Below are positions 38,141 to 44,703 of a stretch of DNA of 64,000 bases, piece by piece; position 1 is the first letter of the stretch, and the number at the start of each line of letters is the position of its first letter. A model generated the notes under the pieces. The model was not told the DNA's origin, did no database searches, and saw nothing but the letters and a program-made list of their open reading frames with translations. The DNA is taken from NCBI GenBank assembly GCA_963757755.1, contig CAVWTK010000007.1, forward strand, positions 66,188-130,187, in the 5' to 3' direction. Made by a program: the position numbers and the translations under genes. The stretch is from an uncultured bacterium. Its GTDB lineage: Bacteria; Desulfobacterota; Binatia; HRBIN30; CADEER01.

Positions 38141-39316
38141 CTACCGCCCGACGATCGAGACGAAGCTCACGCAGCGCCCCGGCGCGCCGCCGAGGTTGTG
38201 GGTGAGGCCGAGCTTGGGATTCGCGATCTGCCGCTCCCCGGCTTCACCGCGCAGTTGCAGCCACATCTCGTACATCATCCGCAGACCGCTGGCGCCGATC
38301 GGGTGGCCGAAGCTCTTCAGTCCGCCGTCGGGGTTGATCGGCTGCGGACCGTCGCCGTCGAAACGGCCGTCCATGACGTCCTGCCACCCCTGCCCGCGCG
38401 GCGAGAAACCCATGTCCTCCATCAACACCAGCTCGGTCGGCGTGAAGCAGTCGTGCACCTCGGCCATGCTGATCTCTTCGCGCGGGTCCGTCACGCCCGC
38501 CTGCTTGTAGGCGTCGAGCGAGCTGTGCACGACTTCGGGGAACGTGGTGAAGTCGTAGGCTTGGCTGAAGTAGCCCTCGGCCGGGCCCGCCGCGAACGAC
38601 AGGGCTTTGATGATGATCGGGTCCTTGCAGTACTTGTGCGCGTCCTCGGCACGGCAGAGGATCGCGGCCGCGGCGCCGTCGCTGACCCCGGAGCAGTCGT
38701 AGATTCCGAGCATCCCGGCGATCGCCGGCGACTTGCAGATGGTTTCGATCGGCACTTCCTTGCGGAACTGCGCCTTCGGATTCTTGGCGCCGTTGCGGTG
38801 ATTCTTCCAGGCGATGCGCGCCAGGACCTGCTTCAACGTGTCCTCCTCGACGCCGTACTTCCTGGCGTACGCCGGCGCGAGCAACGCAAAGGTCGCGGGC
38901 GCGGTCATGGTCGAGTTGGTGCCGTCGTTCGGAGGATTGGTGCCGGTCAGACCGGAGAAGCCCGAGTCCTTCAGCTTCTCGACGCCGATCGCCATGACCA
39001 GATCGTAGGCGCCGCTCGCCACGGCGTAGGCCGCGTTGCGGATCGCCTCGCTGCCGGTGGCGCACATGTTCTCGAGGCGCGTCACCGGCTTGTACGGAAT
39101 CTTCAGCGCCTCGGACAGCATCAGGCCGGAGAGCCCGCTCGCCATCGTGCCGAGCCAGTAGGCATCGACCTGCGCCGGATCGACACCGGCCGAGCGATAG
39201 GCGTCACCCGCCGCATCGATGAGAAGATCCTCCGGCCCGCGGTTCCAGTGCTCGCCGAACGGCGTGCAGCCCATGCCGACGATCGCGACGCGATCCTTGA
39301 TTCCGTTGCTAGCCAT
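38141..39316 (-). CDS. SCP-x/archaeal-type thiolase (thiolase-like lipid-transfer protein), 391 aa
   Basis: VAIVGMGCTPFG, nucleophile region LENMCATGSEAIRNAAYAV, EVHDCFT, and C-terminal GLTHNLGG. Confidence 0.9.
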   Translation of the reverse strand: MASNGIKDRVAIVGMGCTPFGEHWNRGPEDLLIDAAGDAYRSAGVDPAQVDAYWLGTMASGLSGLMLSEALKIPYKPVTRLENMCATGSEAIRNAAYAVASGAYDLVMAIGVEKLKDSGFSGLTGTNPPNDGTNSTMTAPATFALLAPAYARKYGVEEDTLKQVLARIAWKNHRNGAKNPKAQFRKEVPIETICKSPAIAGMLGIYDCSGVSDGAAAAILCRAEDAHKYCKDPIIIKALSFAAGPAEGYFSQAYDFTTFPEVVHSSLDAYKQAGVTDPREEISMAEVHDCFTPTELVLMEDMGFSPRGQGWQDVMDGRFDGDGPQPINPDGGLKSFGHPIGASGLRMMYEMWLQLRGEAGERQIANPKLGLTHNLGGAPGRCVSFVSIVGR

Positions 39317-39343
39317 GGGGGTCTCCTAATCGAGAGGATTCAC

Positions 39344-39434
39344 CGCAGAGTCGCAGAGACGCCGAGCGACACAGCGCAAGGAGATAGGAATCGGGTCCGG
39401 CTCATTCCGGGCTCCGCGTCTCCGCGTCTCTGCG
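39344..39434. repeat. CGCAGAG-type REP-like palindrome
   Basis: cgcagagtcgcagagacgc ... gcgtctccgcgtctctgcg with an internal ccggctcattccgg mini-hairpin. It lies in the 136-nt gap between the HMGS-like and thiolase genes. Confidence 0.8.
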
Positions 39435-39452
39435 TTGAAGTCTGTGTCCGCA

Positions 39453-40838
39453 TCACCGCCCCGGGCGCGCCTTCCAGAAGTAGTTGTGGACACCCTGTCC
39501 GGTGTACAGGCGCCGAAACGTCATCTCCAGGTTGTTGCCGATCGCGACGTCCTTCGGATCGACGTCGGTCAGCTCGCAACTGAAGCGACCGCTGCCTTCG
39601 TAGTCGACGACGCCGGCGACCACCGGCGGCTGCAGCGTGTAGGCGAGATGGTCGAGCGTGTAGGTCGCGACGCGGCAGGACGTGTCGGCGAAGCGCTCGG
39701 CGCGCATCTGATCCGTCGCGCCGCACTTCACGCAGACGCGTTGCGGCGGCAGGTGGCCGGTCTGGCATTTCTCGCAGCGCGAGCCGACGAACGCGAGTTT
39801 CCACCGTTCGTTGCGGCGCATCGGCGGCGCGGCCGGACGGTCGGGATCGGGTCGTCGCGGCGGCTCGAACGGCAGGATGCCGCGCCACTTGAGATAGCTG
39901 TTGTACGGGAGGTCGTTGCGCTTCGCGCTGATCCAGCGGTCGACCTTGCGCACTTTCGGGAATTCGGTGATGCGGTCGGTGACTTCGAGCACCAGCGCAT
40001 CCGCCCCGTCGGCCTCGCACACGACCAGGATGCGATCGCCCGGCTTGGCCGAATCGAGCGCGCGCGCCAACAGCAACCCGGCGTGCGCCACTCCGGCCCG
40101 TCCCACCGTCGCCGCCAACGTGTCGGCGATCTGTTCGGGCTTGAGCCCCAGCGCCTTGGGGAGACCCGCCATGCTGCGCGGATTGGTGCCGTCCAGAATG
40201 ACCGTCGACAACGACGACGGTTCGATCGCCGCGTCCTTCACCGCGCGTTGCGCGGTGTCGATGATGCCCGCCGCCATGGTGTCGGCGGTGAAGCGCTCCT
40301 CCCACTGCCTGGCGAAGCGCTCCTCGGGCAGACGCCAGACATCGAGGATCTCGACCGTCGACGACGCGCGCCCCACGAGGCGCGCGATCGCGTCGCTGTC
40401 GCCGCCGGTGACGAAGGCGACCGCGGCGTCACCGCCCTGGGATTCACGCCCACCGCCGGGCGCTCCGACCACCACGTCGCTGGCGCACACCAACGCGCAG
40501 CGTCCGGCAGCGCCCAGATCGAGCCCGAGCAGCAGGGCGGCGAGCCCCATGCGCGACGAGTTGCCCAGCTCCACCGAGCTGATGGCCTCCGGCAGATCCA
40601 GCGCGGCTTGGATCGTCGCGGTGTTGAGCTTCTCCGCGTAGGGGGGGCTCAGCGTGGCGAACAGAATGGCGTCGAGCGGCACGCCGCCGCGGACGGCGTC
40701 GCGCGCCGCCTCGACCGCCATCGAGACGGAATCCTCATCGTAACTCGCCACCGCCCGCTCGCCCTTGCCCGCCCCGATCGCGGCGCGCGTCAGACGAAAA
40801 TAGGGGACGTAGCTCCCGTATCGAACAATGCCGGACAA
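39453..40838 (-). CDS. HMG-CoA-synthase/KAS-III-like domain fused to a DUF35 zinc-ribbon/OB-fold domain, ~461 aa
   Basis: Start proposed at TTG 40838, 6 nt after GGAAGGAGGA. The N-terminal part is HMGS-like (YVPYFRL, ASYDEDSVSMAVEAARDAV, QGGDAAVAFV). The C-terminal part has CEKCQTGHLPPQRVCVKCG plus an OB-like VVAGVVDYEGSGRFSCELTDV. Confidence 0.8.
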   Translation of the reverse strand: MSGIVRYGSYVPYFRLTRAAIGAGKGERAVASYDEDSVSMAVEAARDAVRGGVPLDAILFATLSPPYAEKLNTATIQAALDLPEAISSVELGNSSRMGLAALLLGLDLGAAGRCALVCASDVVVGAPGGGRESQGGDAAVAFVTGGDSDAIARLVGRASSTVEILDVWRLPEERFARQWEERFTADTMAAGIIDTAQRAVKDAAIEPSSLSTVILDGTNPRSMAGLPKALGLKPEQIADTLAATVGRAGVAHAGLLLARALDSAKPGDRILVVCEADGADALVLEVTDRITEFPKVRKVDRWISAKRNDLPYNSYLKWRGILPFEPPRRPDPDRPAAPPMRRNERWKLAFVGSRCEKCQTGHLPPQRVCVKCGATDQMRAERFADTSCRVATYTLDHLAYTLQPPVVAGVVDYEGSGRFSCELTDVDPKDVAIGNNLEMTFRRLYTGQGVHNYFWKARPGR

Positions 40839-41024
40839 CGCTGATCCTCCTTCCGTCCCGTGGGCCCCAGCCTCGATCTCCTGCCCCTCTTCTCGACGGA
40901 AGATCAAGTCCTGGCGAGGCAAGCGCGGCTTTTCCGGTCCCTGGCTGCAGCCGAGGGCGGTGAACGACACGCGGAACAGCTGTGGCAGCTCGCATTCAAC
41001 TTGTAGCGGTATCGACACACAACA

Positions 41025-41054
41025 AGAGGCGGGGCCGCAAGCGGTCCCGCCTCT
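41025..41054 (-). terminator. Rho-independent-type terminator for the 41110-41625 gene
   Basis: The minus strand reads agaggcgggaccgcttgcggccccgcctct followed by tgttgtgtgt (GC-rich stem, T-rich tail). Confidence 0.55.
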
Positions 41055-41109
41055 GTTGCATACCTCACTTCCCACGTCGTGCCGTGGGACGCGCAGTGCT
41101 CCCCGGCCT

Positions 41110-41625
41110 TCAATGCTCGTAGAAGAAAGAGCGATCGCCGAAGGTGCGAACGGCGCCGGTGGCGATCCACCGGCCGAACGCGCCGGCGGGCTGCGCAATT
41201 CGGATGAGGAACAACGGGTTGTTGCACGGGCTATTGATCGAGCCGATCTTGCCCGAGAACCCCGCGTCGCCGCGCGCGCTGAGAGACACCGGAGCCGTGT
41301 TGACGACCTGCTGGTCGGCCGTACCGGCATTGCACACGAGAGTGCCGACCACGCTGCTGATCGGCCCGGTCGTTCCCGTGGCCGTTCCGCCGTTGATGAC
41401 CAGCCCCTGGACGAAGAACCCCGTGCCGCCGTTCTTGAGATTCACAGTGGCTTCTCCACGCGTCGTCGTCCAGGGGGTCGCCCCGCCGTGAATGTCCGCC
41501 ACCGGGTTGTCCACCCCTGGGGAGGTGATGACCCCGACGATGGAATTCCAATGCGCCACCGAGCTGTCGGCAAACGCCGTGGAAGCGACCAGCACTGACA
41601 GCAACGTTCCGAACATATACTTCAT
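41110..41625 (-). CDS. Secreted hypothetical protein, 171 aa
   Basis: ATG 41625 follows AAGGAGG. Signal peptide MKYMFGTLLSVLVASTAFA. The mature part is Gly/Thr-rich and beta-like. No family recognised. Confidence 0.6.
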   Translation of the reverse strand: MKYMFGTLLSVLVASTAFADSSVAHWNSIVGVITSPGVDNPVADIHGGATPWTTTRGEATVNLKNGGTGFFVQGLVINGGTATGTTGPISSVVGTLVCNAGTADQQVVNTAPVSLSARGDAGFSGKIGSINSPCNNPLFLIRIAQPAGAFGRWIATGAVRTFGDRSFFYEH

Positions 41626-41974
41626 ACCAACCTCCTTGTGTTGTGGCGATGCGCGAATATAGCAACGCCAGGTGTAGTGTAATTGCGTGAACTCCACGCG
41701 CTTCGTCGTTCACTCTTCGGTTACGGATTGACGCGGAGAAAGTTTCGATCGCAGCGATTGCGCTCGACCTGGATGGTGGCGGGCGGTCCGAGTGACGCGA
41801 ATCGCAAGAGCTGGAGGCCGTCCCGTGACGCCGGAGGGCGCGCATCCGCGCGGTGGCGGAAGGAAATCCCCACCAACGGCAGCAGAGACGAGTCCGCCAT
41901 CCGCCGGCGAACCGCGGTCCTCGAGCGCCGGCCGGTGCGCGGGCGCGCGAGGCCGGAGTGATTTCTTCAGTGGA

Positions 41975-42080
41975 AAACGTAGCGGCGGGCTTTACGCCCG
42001 CCACAGCTAGCGCCTTCGCTCGAGGTCGACTGGCGATGCGCGGCGCTAGGGGGGGCGGGCGCAAGCCCGCCGCTACGAAG
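41975..42080. repeat. Pair of inverted REP-type hairpins (gtagcggcgggc-loop-gcccgcc)
   Basis: cgtagcggcgggctttacgcccgccac and, inverted, ggcgggcgcaagcccgccgctacg. They sit in a ~520-nt non-coding gap together with further G/C hairpins. Confidence 0.7.
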
Positions 42081-42218
42081 AACCCCGCCCCGCCCCGTGC
42101 GGGGAGGGGGCTCGAGGGTGTTACGGGGAGGTACCGCCGCGGCGGCGCTACCCTGGGTTGGCCATGCCCTCAACCTGCGTCGCCCTGAAAGGGCGACACC
42201 ATCGCGGCGCGACCACGC

Positions 42219-43061
42219 CTACCGCACGCAGCGAAAGCCGACGAAGCTGACCGCGCGAGCCGGCGGGCGGACCACGACGGCCAGCGGGCCGGCCACCGCG
42301 GCGCCGAAGAACCAGCCGCCCCGCACCAGGGCGCCGGGACTGTTGGTGGTGGTACTCGCGCCGGCGAGGCACATCTGATCGTTACTGAAGCTGGCCCAAC
42401 CCGGACAGAACGTCGGGGCCGGCGCCCAGTCCGCCACCCACTCGCCCAGATTGCCCACCATGTCGAAGGCGCCGCGCGCCGAGACGCAACTCGTGCGCGC
42501 CCGGGTGAGCGAGATGGGATCAAACTCAACCATGCCCGAGTCGCTGTTGCAGTCCGTCGTCCCGTTGTCCGGCCCTGGGTCCGGCGTGCCATTCGCGCCC
42601 ACCTGCCACTCCGCGCTCGTCGGCAGCCGCTTGCCGGCGTTGGCGCACGCCTCCTGCGCCTGGAACCACGAGATGTTCGCCGAGGGCTTCACCGACGGCA
42701 GGCTGACCGCAAAGATGTCGGCGGCGCAGTTCTGTCCGTCGTGGCGGCACGGGGCGTAGTCGTCTTCGGTCAGGCCCAACTGGGTCGCTCCGCCCGCCGT
42801 CAGATCGGCGAGGATCGCGCTGCCGAGCTGGATCTTGCGCGTCAGGATGGCGTTGGTCCCCGTTGGGTCGGGCACCCGCCAGACGCTCGCTTCGTACTGG
42901 TCGAGACACACCGTCCCCGCGACCACCGCATCCGCGGCGCATCTCAGGAGCGGCACCCGCGGCGTTGCGGCGGGCGCGGGGCTGGCCAGGCCCAGTGCGA
43001 GCGCGGCCGCGAGAGACACCGCTATCGCACTGCCCTGGATTGTCATCCGTCGCTTCGTCAT
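42219..43061 (-). CDS. Formylglycine-generating-enzyme (SUMF1/FGE-sulfatase) family protein, secreted, 280 aa
   Basis: Signal peptide, WFQAQEACANAGKRLPTSAEW, FDMVGNLGEWVADW, VRGGWFFG, and C-terminal VGFRCVR. Confidence 0.85.
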   Translation of the reverse strand: MTKRRMTIQGSAIAVSLAAALALGLASPAPAATPRVPLLRCAADAVVAGTVCLDQYEASVWRVPDPTGTNAILTRKIQLGSAILADLTAGGATQLGLTEDDYAPCRHDGQNCAADIFAVSLPSVKPSANISWFQAQEACANAGKRLPTSAEWQVGANGTPDPGPDNGTTDCNSDSGMVEFDPISLTRARTSCVSARGAFDMVGNLGEWVADWAPAPTFCPGWASFSNDQMCLAGASTTTNSPGALVRGGWFFGAAVAGPLAVVVRPPARAVSFVGFRCVR

Positions 43062-43178
43062 CGTCCCTCCGCCAGTGAACTTCTCGTCGCTGGAGTACGA
43101 TCCACGCGCCCGGAGGTTTCACTTGGGAGCGAGTTGGGCGCCGCCGGCGAGCCGTGGCGAGCCGAGAGTGCGCGCGTC

Positions 43179-43871
43179 TCAGCGCAGTCGCGGCGAAAGG
43201 AACGCCCGCCCGAGCAGCGCGCCGGCGCCGGCAAGCAGGACCAGCGGCAGGACGTGGCCGAACAGCAGGTGCGGCACGTACGCCACCGGGCACCACAGGT
43301 CCACCCCGACCCACGCACAGGCGCCGGCCGCCAGTCCCATGGCCGCGCCGTTGAGCGCGGGGTGCACGGGAGCGCTACGGCGCATGGCGAGGAACGACAA
43401 CAGCGGCCCAATCGAGACGACCAGCGACAACGACAGACACCGCAGCCCGGAGCGGTCCGGCCAGATCGCCATGGCGTCGGAAAACGCCACGCTGCAGCCG
43501 ACCTTCCACACGAACAGGATGATCGGTATCAGCGCGCTCCCGAGGAGCAGCCACCGCTGGGACCGCCCGAGCATCGATCGACCGCGCGCGAGCGCCAGCC
43601 ACAACGCCGCCACGGCAATGGCCAGCGCACCGCCCGCCGTCGTCGCCACGAGCGAGACCGGTCGCTCCAGACGTTGCTGCGCCGCGACCTCGCCGCCCAA
43701 CCGCAGCAACCGGCCCTCCGACGCGATCAGTGCGAAGATCACCAACGCGCCGACACCGCTCGCGGCGGCGATCAGCCCGATGAGTCGGTTGCGACGAGCC
43801 ACCGCCGCCCGCGTCGGCGACGCCTCCGCCGCAGCCGCCGCCAGCACCCGCGCCCGCAGTGCGGCGCTCAC
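43179..43871 (-). CDS. nrsF: NrsF-type (DUF1109) membrane anti-sigma factor, ~230 aa
   Basis: GTG 43871 overlaps the sigma-factor stop (GTGA). Six-TM profile with conserved Cys-containing loops (LRCLSLSL, GACAWVGVDLWCPV). Confidence 0.7.
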   Translation of the reverse strand: MSAALRARVLAAAAAEASPTRAAVARRNRLIGLIAAASGVGALVIFALIASEGRLLRLGGEVAAQQRLERPVSLVATTAGGALAIAVAALWLALARGRSMLGRSQRWLLLGSALIPIILFVWKVGCSVAFSDAMAIWPDRSGLRCLSLSLVVSIGPLLSFLAMRRSAPVHPALNGAAMGLAAGACAWVGVDLWCPVAYVPHLLFGHVLPLVLLAGAGALLGRAFLSPRLR

Positions 43872-44416
43872 GACGCTTCTCCCGCATCGCGCAGCACGGC
43901 GCGTAAGGCCTCGTAGGCACGATGGGCCCGCAGCTTCACGGCCGTCACCGACGTTCCCAACACCTCCGCCGCTCCTTTGAGACTCAGGCCTTCCTGCTGG
44001 AGAAGTCGATACGCGGTCCGCTGGTTCTCGGGGAGCGCATCCAGCCGCTGTTGGACGCGCCGCTCGAGGCGGCGGGCGTGCAACAGATCGTCGGCGGCGG
44101 GCGTCGCCGCGGCCGGTTCGCTCGCCATGCGACGATCGTCGGCCGGAGCGTCGGAGAAGAGGCGCCGCTCGACGCGGCGCCGGCGCGCGTTGTCGATCAG
44201 CAGCCGCCGCGCGATCGCGAAGGCCCACGGCGTCACTCGGGCGCCGGGAATGAACGACCCTCGGTGCCGGTGCATCTGCAAGAGCGTTTGTTGCATCAGA
44301 TCCTCCGCAGCGTCGCCATCCCGCGTGGCTTTGCGTAGGAAGCCGAGCAGGCGTGGCGCGATTGCGTCGTACAGTTCGGCGAAAGCCGCCTCATCACCTC
44401 TGGAATAGCGCTCCAT
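43868..44416 (-). CDS. ECF-type RNA polymerase sigma factor, ~182 aa (start uncertain; ORF open to 44578)
   Basis: Region 2 is AAFAELYDAIAPRLLGFL...DLMQQTLLQMHRHRGSF. Region 4 is LPENQRTAYRLLQQEGLSLKGAAEVLGTSVTAVKLRAHRA. Confidence 0.85.
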   Translation of the reverse strand: MERYSRGDEAAFAELYDAIAPRLLGFLRKATRDGDAAEDLMQQTLLQMHRHRGSFIPGARVTPWAFAIARRLLIDNARRRRVERRLFSDAPADDRRMASEPAAATPAADDLLHARRLERRVQQRLDALPENQRTAYRLLQQEGLSLKGAAEVLGTSVTAVKLRAHRAYEALRAVLRDAGEAS

Positions 44417-44590
44417 GGCCGCGTCCGCGGCGTCATGGTCCGGCTTCCCACGAGGAATACGAAGCTGAGCCGTCGAGGTTTCTCCGACCGAGAAACCAGC
44501 TGCTCCTTCAGCCGCGCCCCCGGCCTCGGCACAGACGCGAGCCGGGGCGCCGGAGCGATGTGATTCGGGACCCGCCATTCGCCTGCGACC

Positions 44591-44646
44591 GACGCTAGGG
44601 AGGGCGTCCGGTTAGATCTATGCCGCTCCGGTTAGGATTGCGGTTA
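44591..44646 (-). promoter_or_regulatory. Three TAACCG repeats plus a CGTC element upstream of the ECF sigma gene: candidate autoregulated ECF promoter
   Basis: The minus strand reads cTTAACCGcaatccTAACCGgagcggcatagatcTAACCGgacgccctccctagCGTCgg. The last TAACC is ~15-16 nt from CGTC. Confidence 0.3.
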
Positions 44647-44703
44647 AGATCGTTGCGGCGCTCCGTGCGCCGACTCACGCGTTGGCGGACAGAGTGCGGG
44701 ACG

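Noticed and set aside
41698-42218. A small RNA or riboswitch in the 520-nt non-coding gap.
   Set aside because: I recognised no known riboswitch motif. The structures are explained more simply as paired REP hairpins plus a stem-loop (42179-42197) after the FGE-like gene.
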